DNA from: Eubacteriales bacterium
GTDB taxonomy: Bacteria; Bacillota; Clostridia; Oscillospirales; CAG-272
NCBI GenBank assembly: GCA_045128275.1
Contig: JBGVRH010000102.1
Location: 360 to 64,359 of the forward strand
DNA length: 64,000 nucleotides
Reading direction: 5' to 3'
The position numbers and the translations under genes were made by a program. Below the pieces are notes generated by a model. The model worked only from the letters and a program-made list of their open reading frames with translations, was not told the DNA's origin and ran no database searches. Positions 9,223-17,769 of this stretch are shown here, piece after piece (position 1 is the stretch's first letter; the number at the start of each line of letters is the position of its first letter).

Positions 9223-10926
9223 TTACACGATCCCGCCCAGATCGAACTCGGAGAGCCACTTGTTGGCCTCCTCGCAGACCGCCCGCAGGCAGGCCTCGTC
9301 GAAGGGAGTGTCCAGACCCGCGTGCTTCAGAAGATCGGTAAAGGTCTTGCTGCCGCCCTCCTTGGTGTAAGCCATGTAGTGGGCCCACGCGTCGGAGAGA
9401 TCCTTCCGGATCATGGCCCAGAAGCGGAGAGCCACGGTCTGTGCCAGGCAGTAGTCGATGTAGTAGAAGGGGGAATTGTAGATGTGCTGCTGTCTCTGCC
9501 AGCCCTCGCCCTCGGCGTAGAAGGGGATCTCACCGTCCAGCTTGACCCAAGGCATGTAGATGCCCAGAAGCTCCTTCCACACGCCGTGACGCTCTGCGGG
9601 GGTCATGTCGGGCTTGGCGTAGACCTCATGCTGGAAGTGATCCACCATGGTGCCGTAGGGGATGAAGGTCAAAGCCCCTGCCAGGTGGCTGTTCAGGAAC
9701 TTCTTGGTGTCCTCCCCGAAGAAGCCCTCGGCCCAGGGCCAGGCGAAGAACTCCATGGACATGGAATGCACCTCGCAGGCCTCCATGGAGGGCCACATGT
9801 AGTCCATGGGGATGCGCTTGCGGTTCATCCAGCAGGCAAAGGCGTGGCCCGCCTCGTGAGTGACCACCTCCACGTCGCCCTGGGTGCCGTTGAAATTGGC
9901 GAAGATGAAGGGCACCTCGTAGTCGGGGATGCCGGTGCAGTAGCCGCCGCCCGCCTTGCCCTCGGTGGAGAGCACGTCCAGAAGCTCCTGCTCCCGCATG
10001 GTGCGGAAGAATTCCGAGGTCTCGGGGGACAGCTCATCGTAGAACTTGTCGCCCTGACGGAGAATATCCTCGGCGGAGCCTGCGGGGCGGGGATTGCCCG
10101 AGCGGAACATGAGGGCGTTATCGGCAAAGCTCATGGGGTAGGTCTTGCCCAACCGCTCGGCCTGTGCGCGGTAGATGGCATCCGCCACGGGGACGAGGTA
10201 CTTGACCACGGCGGCGCGGAACTTCTTCACGTCGGCCTCGGTGTAGCAGTTGCGTCCCATGCGGTAGTAGCCCAGGGTGGTGTAGCCCTCGTAGCCCAGC
10301 TTCTTGCCCATGGTGTCGCGGAGGTGGGTCAGCTCGTCGTAGATGCGATCCAGCTCGGCCTGGTTGTCCTTGTACCACTGACCCTCGGCCTTCCACGCGG
10401 CCAGACGGCGGGCATCGTCGGAGTCGGTCTTGAAGGGGGTGAGCTGGGAGAGGGTGTACACACCGCCCTCAAAGGGGATCTGGGCCGAGGCGATGAGCTT
10501 CTGGTAGGCCATGGTCAGATCTGCCTCCGCCTGCATCTCGGGGATGATCTCGGGGGAGAAGGACTTCAGAGCGATCTCGGCGTTGACGAACATCAGATCG
10601 CCGTACTCGGCCTCAAAATCGGCGCGGAAGGGGGAGGCCAGCAGGGCGGCGGTGAAGCCCTGGGCGTACTCCTGTACGGCGGGCATGGCGGAGTTGATGT
10701 ACTTGACCTCGGCATCGTAGAACTCGTCGCGGGTGTCGATGGACTGGCGGATCTCGGCCAAGGTGCAGTGGGTGAAGATATGCTTCTGCTCCTCCTGGTA
10801 CTCCAGGAAAACGGCCTTGGCGGCGGCGTAGTCGGAAGCCTCACGGAGGCGGGCGGTCAGCTCGGCGGTCAGGGTCTTGGCGGCCTCCATGTCGGGGCGG
10901 GCGTAGGGCATTTCATTGAATTTCAT
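9223..10926 (-). CDS. pepF: Oligoendopeptidase F, M3B family
   Basis: 567 aa with the HEAGHAF zinc motif and overall M3 layout. Start set at MKFNEMPYARPD (cat at 10924-10926). Confidence 0.9.
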   Translation of the reverse strand: MKFNEMPYARPDMEAAKTLTAELTARLREASDYAAAKAVFLEYQEEQKHIFTHCTLAEIRQSIDTRDEFYDAEVKYINSAMPAVQEYAQGFTAALLASPFRADFEAEYGDLMFVNAEIALKSFSPEIIPEMQAEADLTMAYQKLIASAQIPFEGGVYTLSQLTPFKTDSDDARRLAAWKAEGQWYKDNQAELDRIYDELTHLRDTMGKKLGYEGYTTLGYYRMGRNCYTEADVKKFRAAVVKYLVPVADAIYRAQAERLGKTYPMSFADNALMFRSGNPRPAGSAEDILRQGDKFYDELSPETSEFFRTMREQELLDVLSTEGKAGGGYCTGIPDYEVPFIFANFNGTQGDVEVVTHEAGHAFACWMNRKRIPMDYMWPSMEACEVHSMSMEFFAWPWAEGFFGEDTKKFLNSHLAGALTFIPYGTMVDHFQHEVYAKPDMTPAERHGVWKELLGIYMPWVKLDGEIPFYAEGEGWQRQQHIYNSPFYYIDYCLAQTVALRFWAMIRKDLSDAWAHYMAYTKEGGSKTFTDLLKHAGLDTPFDEACLRAVCEEANKWLSEFDLGGIV

Positions 10927-10952
10927 GGTGGGTTCCTTTCTATGTGGTGTTT

Positions 10953-11489
10953 TTATTTGCGTTTTTCGGGGGCGATACACTCGTAGGTGTTCCACGAGTA
11001 GACCTCAAATCTTCCTTCTTTTCCAAAGAGCCATGCGCCCTTGGCAGCCTTCTTGCGGAGGCGGGCGAGGACGTGGGCAAGCTCGGCGGATTCGTTCTCT
11101 CGGGCGGGATCGTCCGATACCTCATAAACGTTTTGAATGCCGGAGGGAACATACCGCACCCTGTCCCATGTGACGACATAGATCTCGTCGTGCAGAACCG
11201 CATCAATTTCTTGATCCACAGAGGGGCGGTAGTGGAACCATTCATAGTCGTAGCCTCCGAAGTACATATTCCAAAGGACAAGATCTCCCTTGGACTCATG
11301 AAAATCGAAGCACAAGTCCTTTCCGTGGAGGGGGTTCTTCACCCGCAGGACGACAATGGGGGTGTCTCCTTGCTTGCGGCCCGGTCTCGGCCAGCCTTGG
11401 ATAGCGTACCACTCTTTTGTGGTGTACTCCTCCCGCACAGCCGTCAACCCCCGCACGGCGAGGACGGTTTCCAGCTCAGCGATGATCAT
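10953..11489 (-). CDS. Hypothetical protein (178 aa), no family recognised
   Basis: Codon usage matches neighbours. The ATG follows the stop of the upstream small ORF, and the stop lies 26 nt before the pepF start. Confidence 0.65.
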   Translation of the reverse strand: MIIAELETVLAVRGLTAVREEYTTKEWYAIQGWPRPGRKQGDTPIVVLRVKNPLHGKDLCFDFHESKGDLVLWNMYFGGYDYEWFHYRPSVDQEIDAVLHDEIYVVTWDRVRYVPSGIQNVYEVSDDPARENESAELAHVLARLRKKAAKGAWLFGKEGRFEVYSWNTYECIAPEKRK

Positions 11490-11505
11490 GGCATCAATCC
11501 TCCAT

Positions 11506-11673
11506 CAGGGTGTAGGCGAACATCTCGTAGTGCAGCTTGTCCCCCACGTCTACCCCCGCGGGCAGGAGGGCTAAGGCGATAAAAATATCCTTGGCGGGAT
11601 CGGTCTCATTGATCTCGCGGAGGTAGGCGTACTCGCCTTCGATCTTGACGAGGGTGTAGTCCTTGGGTTCCAT
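11506..11673 (-). CDS. Small protein (55 aa), DUF3006-like
   Basis: MEPKDYTLVKIEGEYAYLREINETDPAKDIFIALALLPAGVDVGDKLHYEMSPTP. RBS aaaggagaaacccc before the ATG. Not in the ORF track because it is under 60 aa. The pattern (V.IEG.YA.L......LP.GV.VGD.L) resembles DUF3006. Confidence 0.5.
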
Positions 11674-11702
11674 GGGGTTTCTCCTTTGGGTGGTATGGCT
11701 TT

Positions 11703-11732
11703 ATTATACCATGGATAGGGGGGGATTGTCAA
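11703..11732 (-). promoter_or_regulatory. Sigma-A type promoter of the DUF3006-like/178-aa/pepF operon
   Basis: Minus strand reads TTGACA, an 18-nt spacer and TATAAT, with TGG before the -10. Confidence 0.55.
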
Positions 11733-11744
11733 GGGATGGGGTAT

Positions 11745-11772
11745 AGAAAAAGCCCCGCATGGCGGGGCTTTC
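11745..11772 (-). terminator. Rho-independent terminator after the LbH gene and repeat
   Basis: Stem agccccgc / gcggggct with TTTTT on the minus strand. Confidence 0.65.
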
Positions 11773-11775
11773 AAC

Positions 11776-11911
11776 AATGAAGAATGAATATTGAATAATG
11801 AATAATGGAGGATGGAAACCTTCGGTTTCCTGCGATTGGAATTATAATGAATCGGACAAATCCGAAGGATTTGCACCACAATTATTCATTCTTCATTCTT
11901 CATTCTTCATT
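11776..11911. repeat. Nested palindromic repeat, family 1, copy A
   Basis: Core ggaaaccttcggtttcc ... aaatccgaaggatttgcacc. It is flanked by heptad-periodic inverted arms (aatgaat... / ...cattctt). The right arm overlaps the last codons and stop of the 11893-12618 CDS. Confidence 0.85.
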
Positions 11912-12618
11912 TTCTTCACGATCTCGCTTCCCTTCCCGCTCTTAAAAATCGCATGGGCGGGAACAGCACCGCGCACCGAGGAAAGAGGATAGACATTCGT
12001 GTGCGCCCCGATCACCGTCCCGGGGTTCAGCACGCTGTTGCACCCGACCTCCACGAAGTCGCCCAGCATGGCACCAAACTTCTTTCTCCCCGTGGGGATG
12101 GGATCGAAGTCTCCCTCATAGCCCGCGGCGGGCTTGACGGTGACAGGGGACTTATCGCTCTTGACGTTGGAGGTGATGGCCCCCGCCCCCATATGGGACT
12201 TGTAGCCCAGGACGGAATCCCCCACGTAGTTGTAGTGAGGCACCTGCACCCCGTCGAAGAGGATGCAGTTTTTCAGCTCGGTGGAGTTGCCCACCACGCA
12301 ACCGTCCCCGATGAGGGCCGAGCCGCGGATGAAGGCGCAATGCCGTACCTCGGTGTTCTCCCCGATGATGGCAGGGGCACCGATATAGGCCGTAGGGGCT
12401 ACCGTGGCGGTCTTGGCGATCCAGATATCCTCGGCGGGGTGGTCATAGCGGGCGGGGTCAAGGGTCGCGCCGATCTCCCGGATGATCGCGGGGATATGGG
12501 AGAGGATCTCCCAGGGGTACTCGGTATGCTCCAGCCAGGGGCGGGCGAGGGTGTGGGTGAGGTCGAAGAGGGCTTGGGTACGGAGGGAGATATGGGATGG
12601 GGTGATTCGTTTTTCCAT
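11893..12618 (-). CDS. Left-handed beta-helix (hexapeptide repeat) protein resembling the GlmU C-terminal acetyltransferase domain
   Basis: Hexapeptide repeats (IGENTEVRHCAFIRGSALIGDGCVVGNSTELKNCILFDGVQV...). Lies immediately downstream of glmM. Start set at MEKRITP (12618). Confidence 0.7.
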   Translation of the reverse strand: MEKRITPSHISLRTQALFDLTHTLARPWLEHTEYPWEILSHIPAIIREIGATLDPARYDHPAEDIWIAKTATVAPTAYIGAPAIIGENTEVRHCAFIRGSALIGDGCVVGNSTELKNCILFDGVQVPHYNYVGDSVLGYKSHMGAGAITSNVKSDKSPVTVKPAAGYEGDFDPIPTGRKKFGAMLGDFVEVGCNSVLNPGTVIGAHTNVYPLSSVRGAVPAHAIFKSGKGSEIVKKMKNEE

Positions 12619-12619
12619 G

Positions 12620-14044
12620 TTACTTATCCTCACAGGTCAGCTTCTCGGCGCGGATGACCGCCACCATTTCGGCAATATACGCCTCACAAGTCCCCTCGTC
12701 GGCGGCCTCCACCATGACCCGCACCACGGGCTCGGTGCCGCTCTTGCGGAGAAGCATACGGCCGTCACTGCCCAATCGGGCGTTGCAGTCAGCCAGCTTT
12801 TCCTTCACGGCAGGGTGGTTCAGCACCGCGTCCTTGTCGGGCACACGGAGGTTTTGGGTGATCTGGGGGTACATGACCACCGCCTCGGCCAGCTTGGATA
12901 GGGGGAGCTTACTGTCCACGATCCGCTCCATGACCATGATGGCGGTGAGGATGCCGTCCCCCGTGGTGGCGTACTTTCGGAGGATGACGTGACCCGACTG
13001 CTCCCCGCCGATGACGTGGCCGTTGGCGGTCATGTTCTCGTAGATGAAGCGGTCGCCCACGGTGGTCTGCACGTAGTCGATGCCCGCACCCTCCAGGGCG
13101 CGGTAGAGACCCATGTTGGACATGACGGTGGTGACCACGGTGTTGTTCACCAGCGCTCCCTGCTCCTTCATGGCCTTGCCCAGGACGTACAGGATATGGT
13201 CGCCATTGATCTCATTTCCCTTCTCGTCCACCGCGATACAGCGGTCAGCGTCACCGTCGAAGGCAAAGCCCACGTCCAGCCCCTTCTCCACCACCAGCTT
13301 CTTGAGGCGGTCGATGTGAGTGGAGCCGCAGTCCACGTTGATGTTGAGGCCGTCGGGCTCGGCACCCGTGACGTAGGTTTTCGCGCCCAGGGCTTCAAAG
13401 ACCGCCCGCCCGATCATCCAGGCCGAGCCGTTGGCGCAGTCCAGACCCACGCGGAAATCCTTATAGGAATTGGCGGCCAGGGAGATGAGGTAGCCCACGT
13501 AGCGGTTGCGCCCTGCGGCGTAGTCGATGATGCGCCCCACGTCAGCCCCCGTGGCGGCGGGTAGGTCGTGATTCCACATTTCCTCCTCGGAAAGCCCCAG
13601 AGCGGCCGCTCCGCCGTCCAGGTAAGCCTCGATGACCGCGATGGTGTCGTCGTTGATCTTCTCGCCGCGACGGTTGACCAGCTTGATGCCGTTGTCGGTG
13701 TAGGGGTTGTGGGAGGCCGAGATCATGACCCCGCAGTCGAAGTCCTCCCGTTCGGTGACGAAGGAGACGCTGGGAGTGGTGGTGACGTGGAGCATATAGG
13801 GGTCAGCCCCCGAGGCGGTGAGTCCCGCCACGATGGCGTACTCGAACATATAGGAGGAGCGGCGGGTATCCTTGCCCACCACGATGCGGGGGCGGTGAGC
13901 CGCTACCCGCCCATCCGCGGGCAGGGAGAGGTCATGCTCCTTGCAGTACCAGCCGAGGAAACGGCCCAAGCGGAACGCGTGGTCGGCGGTGAGGGTGATA
14001 TTGGCTTCCCCGCGGAAGCCGTCGGTACCAAAGTATTTACCCAT
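12620..14044 (-). CDS. glmM: Phosphoglucosamine mutase
   Basis: N-terminus MGKYFGTDGFRG, active-site SASHNPYTDNGIK, and DGDADR and GEQSGH motifs. Confidence 0.95.
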   Translation of the reverse strand: MGKYFGTDGFRGEANITLTADHAFRLGRFLGWYCKEHDLSLPADGRVAAHRPRIVVGKDTRRSSYMFEYAIVAGLTASGADPYMLHVTTTPSVSFVTEREDFDCGVMISASHNPYTDNGIKLVNRRGEKINDDTIAVIEAYLDGGAAALGLSEEEMWNHDLPAATGADVGRIIDYAAGRNRYVGYLISLAANSYKDFRVGLDCANGSAWMIGRAVFEALGAKTYVTGAEPDGLNINVDCGSTHIDRLKKLVVEKGLDVGFAFDGDADRCIAVDEKGNEINGDHILYVLGKAMKEQGALVNNTVVTTVMSNMGLYRALEGAGIDYVQTTVGDRFIYENMTANGHVIGGEQSGHVILRKYATTGDGILTAIMVMERIVDSKLPLSKLAEAVVMYPQITQNLRVPDKDAVLNHPAVKEKLADCNARLGSDGRMLLRKSGTEPVVRVMVEAADEGTCEAYIAEMVAVIRAEKLTCEDK

Positions 14045-14236
14045 ATATGTGATCCCTTTCAGATAGATTCATCATACAGTATATCCATGTTTGTCAGGGG
14101 CGGATGCTTGTTGGGTGAAGATTTTCTGAAATTTTATTGGATGCCGCCAATCGGGTCTTACCGATCCCTTTCCGACTCCAAAAATGTCTTGCCACGGAGC
14201 GAAGGGAACCGACGAGCTCCTGTCGCCCTCCCAACA

Positions 14237-14272
14237 GAAAAAACCGCCGAGCCGAAGCTCAGCGGTTTTTCT
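14237..14272 (-). terminator. Rho-independent terminator after rplA
   Basis: Stem aaccgccgagc / gctcagcggtt with a T-run on the minus strand. Confidence 0.65.
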
Positions 14273-14303
14273 GTATCAAGTTACGATGGATTCCGATTCA
14301 AAA

Positions 14304-14999
14304 TCAGCTCAGCTTGGACTGGTTGATCTTGATGCCGGGGCCCATGGTGGATGCGATCACGCAGGACTTGATATACTGACCCTTGGCAGCAGCGGGCTTA
14401 GCCTTGATGACTGCGCCGACCAGGGTGTCGAAGTTAGCCTGAAGCTTCTCGGCACCGAAGGAAGCCTTACCGATGGGGCAGTGGATGATGTTGGTCTTAT
14501 CGAGACGGTACTCGATCTTACCGGCCTTAGCCTCGCGGACAGCGCGGGCAACGTCGGGGGTGACGGTGCCGGCCTTGGGAGAGGGCATCAGACCCTTAGG
14601 ACCCAGGATCTTACCCAGACGACCGATGGTACCCATCATGTCGGGGGAAGCGATGACGACGTCGAAGTCGAACCAGTTCTCCTTCTGGATCTTCTCAGCC
14701 AGCTCAACGCCGCCAACGTAGTCGGCACCGGCCTCCTGAGCCTTGGCGATGTTGTCGCCCTTAGCGAAGACCAGAACGCGAGCGGTCTTACCGGTACCGT
14801 TGGGGAGGACGACGGCACCGCGGACCTGCTGGTCAGCGTGACGGGAGTCAACACCCAGACGGATGTGAATCTCGATGGTCTCATCGAACTTTGCCTTGGA
14901 AGTCTGGCAAACCAGAGCCAGAGCCTCGGCGGGATCGTACATCTTGCTCTTATCGATCAGCTTAACGCTATCGGAATACTTCTTTCCAACTTTAGCCAT
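14304..14999 (-). CDS. rplA: 50S ribosomal protein L1
   Basis: 231 aa starting MAKVGKKY, with GTGK..RVLVFA and the full L1 pattern. Confidence 0.97.
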   Translation of the reverse strand: MAKVGKKYSDSVKLIDKSKMYDPAEALALVCQTSKAKFDETIEIHIRLGVDSRHADQQVRGAVVLPNGTGKTARVLVFAKGDNIAKAQEAGADYVGGVELAEKIQKENWFDFDVVIASPDMMGTIGRLGKILGPKGLMPSPKAGTVTPDVARAVREAKAGKIEYRLDKTNIIHCPIGKASFGAEKLQANFDTLVGAVIKAKPAAAKGQYIKSCVIASTMGPGIKINQSKLS

Positions 15000-15018
15000 T
15001 TCCGTATACCTCCTTCAA

Positions 15019-15444
15019 TTAGTCCTCGACAGTGATACCCATGGAGCGGGCGGTACCTGCGATCATGCTCATGGCAGCCTCGAGGGAACCGGCGTTCAGG
15101 TCGGGCATCTTGGTCTCTGCGATCTTCTGAACCTGCTCCTTGGTGAGCTTAGCGACCTTGTCCTTGTTGGGCTTAGCGGAAGCGGTCTCGATGCCGGCAG
15201 CCTTCTTGATCAGGACGGGAGCGGGAGGAGTCTTGGTGATGAAGGTGAAGGAGCGGTCAGCGTAGACGGTGATGACAACGGGGATGATCAGACCGATGTC
15301 ATTCTTGGTGCGCTCGTTGAACTCCTTGGTGAACACGGGGATAGCCACACCGTACTGACCCAGAGCGGGACCAACGGGAGGCTGGGGGGTAGCCTTACCG
15401 GCGGGCAGCTGGAGCTTGATATAACCCATAATTTTCTTTGCCAT
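15019..15444 (-). CDS. rplK: 50S ribosomal protein L11
   Basis: [30 protein letters not shown]. Start cat at 15442-15444. The track ORF is extended upstream spuriously. Confidence 0.97.
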   Translation of the reverse strand: MAKKIMGYIKLQLPAGKATPQPPVGPALGQYGVAIPVFTKEFNERTKNDIGLIIPVVITVYADRSFTFITKTPPAPVLIKKAAGIETASAKPNKDKVAKLTKEQVQKIAETKMPDLNAGSLEAAMSMIAGTARSMGITVED

Positions 15445-15645
15445 AATATTTGAACCTCCAAATGTGGTACTTGTACGGGAGAGTTGCCAGTGGCAGTATT
15501 TTCTCCCTCCCACGACGGACACGGCCGCGGCTAAGCACACCGTTTCCGCACCCCTTTCACGGGGATTTTGATGCAGACGGGACTCTCTGATTCAGGTAGA
15601 GTCCGGGGTTGGGCGATTCCGCCCGAAACGTGTAGATCGAAACGA

Positions 15646-16185
15646 TCAGTCGGCGGGCTTGATCATATTGATCTCAAGCTCGACGGGCATGTCGCGGCGG
15701 CCACGCTTGACCAGCACCGTGACGGTATGCAGATCGTCGGAGATCGACTGGACAACGCCGGTATAGCCCTCAAACAGGCCGGCAACGATCTGCACGTTGT
15801 CGCCCACGTTCACGGACAGGCGTACCTTGACCTCCTCAATGTTGAGAGCCTCGACCTCGGCATCGGACAGGGGGGTGGGACGGGACCCGGGACCCACGAA
15901 TCCGGTCACGCCCGTGATGTTACGGACGGCGTGCCAGCTCTCATCGGTCATAACCATCTTGATGTAGACGTAGCTGGGGAAGATCTTGACCTCCACCACC
16001 TTCTCGACGTCACCGTTCTTTTCAACGATGGTCTCAACGGGAATGCGGATATCGAAGATCTTGTCTCCGAGACCGCGGTTCTCTACGATCTTTTCAAGGT
16101 TTGCTTTGACCTTGCTTTCATAGCCCGAATAGGTGTGCGCCACATACCACCGCGGGCCTACGTTCATCTCATCGATATCACTCAT
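15646..16185 (-). CDS. nusG: Transcription termination/antitermination factor NusG
   Basis: WYVAHTYSGYE NGN domain and a C-terminal KOW domain (GDNVQIVAGLFEGYTGVV). Confidence 0.95.
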   Translation of the reverse strand: MSDIDEMNVGPRWYVAHTYSGYESKVKANLEKIVENRGLGDKIFDIRIPVETIVEKNGDVEKVVEVKIFPSYVYIKMVMTDESWHAVRNITGVTGFVGPGSRPTPLSDAEVEALNIEEVKVRLSVNVGDNVQIVAGLFEGYTGVVQSISDDLHTVTVLVKRGRRDMPVELEINMIKPAD

Positions 16186-16200
16186 GTCGAGCCACCTGTA

Positions 16201-16743
16201 TTAGTGGAACAGGTCTCCCAGAAGCATCATACCTCTGGAGAAGACAAAGTCCAGCACGCCGATGGCAACGGCGATGACGAGAATGATGATGACGACGACG
16301 AATACGTTCTTCTTCAGCTTGTCCTTGGGGCACCAAGTAATCTTGCCACACTCGGACTTCAGACCCTTCCACCATGCGGGAATCTTGGCACGGTAGATCA
16401 CGATCAGGACGATCAGGGCGACCAGAATGACCGCGCCAACCACCAGATTGATGATACCGCGGGTTCTCTGCTGCTTCTTCTCCTCGGCCTCGGCCTTGTT
16501 CTCGGTCGTGGTCTCTTCCTTGGTAGAAGCCTCAGTTCCCTTCTCGGTGGAGGACTCGGCACTCGTGCCTGCCTCGGTCGCGGCAGAGCTCTCAGGCTCG
16601 GTAGCCTCAACGGTCTCGGCGACGGTGGTCTCCTCAGCGGTGGTGGCGTCCTCAGCGAAAGCGGGGACGACAGCCAGCATGGACACCAGCATCAGGAGAG
16701 ACAGGAGAGCAGCCAGGATAGCCAGCTTGTTGCTCTTAAACAT
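16201..16743 (-). CDS. secE: Preprotein translocase subunit SecE with a roughly 120-aa N-terminal extension
   Basis: Sits in the rpmG-secE-nusG position. The C-terminal 60 aa (LKSECGKITWCPKDKLKKNVFVVVIIILVIAVAIGVLDFVF) match the SecE pattern. The N-terminus has a signal-like TM (..VVPAFA|ED), a T/E/A-rich acidic tract and a second TM. Start chosen at MFKSNK from GGAGG spacing. Confidence 0.8.
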   Translation of the reverse strand: MFKSNKLAILAALLSLLMLVSMLAVVPAFAEDATTAEETTVAETVEATEPESSAATEAGTSAESSTEKGTEASTKEETTTENKAEAEEKKQQRTRGIINLVVGAVILVALIVLIVIYRAKIPAWWKGLKSECGKITWCPKDKLKKNVFVVVIIILVIAVAIGVLDFVFSRGMMLLGDLFH

Positions 16744-16758
16744 GTTCATTCCTCCCAA

Positions 16759-16920
16759 TCACTTAGACTCTTTGTGAAGAGTGTGCTTGCGGCAGAATTT
16801 GCAGTGCTTCTTGAGCTCAAGTCTGTCAGGGTTGTTCTTCTTGTTCTTCATTGTGTCGTAGTTTCTCTGCTTGCACTCAGTGCAGACCAGAGTGACCTTG
16901 ACTCTTACTTCATTAGCCAT
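16759..16920 (-). CDS. rpmG: 50S ribosomal protein L33
   Basis: [53 protein letters not shown], carrying the CxxC...CxxC zinc ribbon. Confidence 0.95.
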   Translation of the reverse strand: MANEVRVKVTLVCTECKQRNYDTMKNKKNNPDRLELKKHCKFCRKHTLHKESK

Positions 16921-17059
16921 GATATCGGCACCTCCCATAAAAATTATTTGCAGTCTCACGGAAGTAAGACTGCCGTGTACCTCCCTCTCCGAAAGCCCGT
17001 GTCCGTCTTGTGGCGCAAGTTTCGGGCACAACAAAAAAGCTCTTCGCAGAGGTGATGCC

Positions 17060-17088
17060 ATTATACCACAACTCTCTTTTGCTGTCAA
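17060..17088 (-). promoter_or_regulatory. Sigma-A type promoter of the rpmG-secE-nusG operon
   Basis: Minus strand reads TTGACA, a 17-nt spacer and TATAAT, with TGG before the -10. Implies a leader of about 130 nt. Confidence 0.6.
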
Positions 17089-17200
17089 GGGTTTTTCCGA
17101 CATTTTGTTATTTTTATACAATTTCACCCGACAGACCCCTCGCAGGGCGGAAGGTGTGGGCAGAATCACAAGAAAAAGAGGAGGTCAGCGACAAACTGCA

Positions 17201-17473
17201 AGTGAAGCGCTCCCGATGGTCGCATGAAGAGCGGCCGAGCCGCCTGAAGCGCTCCCGGTGGTCGCATGAAGTACGCCCTTCGGGCGCATTAAGGTGCAGA
17301 TCCTTCGGATCTGTCCATTTAAAATATAATTGAAACCCGAAGGGTTTCTTCCTTCACGCGGCAAAGCCGCGCTTCATTCACGCGTAGCGTGAGCTTCACG
17401 CTCGCTTGCGAGCACTTCATGCGGCTCTGCCGCGCTTCACTTGGGTTTATCGCAGAGCGATAAACCCAAATTT
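17201..17473. repeat. Nested palindromic repeat, family 1, copy B (core in reverse orientation), plus the terminal hairpin gggtttatcg..cgataaaccc
   Basis: Core ggtgcagatccttcggatctg...gaaacccgaagggtttc at 17292-17348. Long arms are built from units gtgaagcgc...gcatgaag, mirrored by cttcatgc...gcgcttcac. Confidence 0.8.
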
Positions 17474-17497
17474 AAAAAGGAGGCCTTCGCCTCCTTT
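17474..17497 (-). terminator. Rho-independent terminator after the SpoVM-like ORF
   Basis: Stem aggaggc-cttc-gcctcct, followed by TTTTT on the minus strand. Confidence 0.65.
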
Positions 17498-17504
17498 CGG
17501 GGTA

Positions 17505-17591
17505 TCAGCGTCTTTTCTCCTTCCGTATACCGAACATCCGCCGCAGAATGGGAGCAATGATGGCGGGGGAGCGCAGGACGACGATCTTCAT
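17505..17591 (-). CDS. spoVM: Stage V sporulation protein M-like peptide (28 aa)
   Basis: MKIVVLRSPAIIAPILRRMFGIRKEKRR aligns with B. subtilis SpoVM MKFYTIKLPKFLGGIVRAMLGSFRKD (shared MK....[KR].P.....I.R.M.G..RK). RBS ggaaggtg lies 5 nt before the ATG and a terminator follows. Confidence 0.55.
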   Translation of the reverse strand: MKIVVLRSPAIIAPILRRMFGIRKEKRR

Positions 17592-17769
17592 GGGGACACC
17601 TTCCTTTCTATATATGTAGGTCTGTTCAGGCGCGGGGGAGCGGGTACTGCCAGTATATGCCGATTCTCCCGAGCGGGAGAAAATATCCGCAAAATTTGCC
17701 GCGGACAATTGACACAAATCCCATTTTGTGGTATCCTATAATCAATCCTCTCCCGAAAGGAGCTTGACT

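Noticed and set aside
11571-11879. 102-aa minus-strand ORF
   Set aside because: It spans a promoter, a terminator hairpin and the family-1 repeat. A different frame in the same region contains the RBS-preceded DUF3006-like ORF (11506-11673).
15445-15645. Possible L1-binding autoregulatory leader upstream of rplK (hairpins ggactct..agagtcc, ccccgtgaaagggg, gggagggagaaaatactgccactggcaactctccc)
   Set aside because: Structure is plausible, but I cannot match it by eye to the 23S rRNA L1-binding motif. It is left unannotated pending a covariance-model scan.
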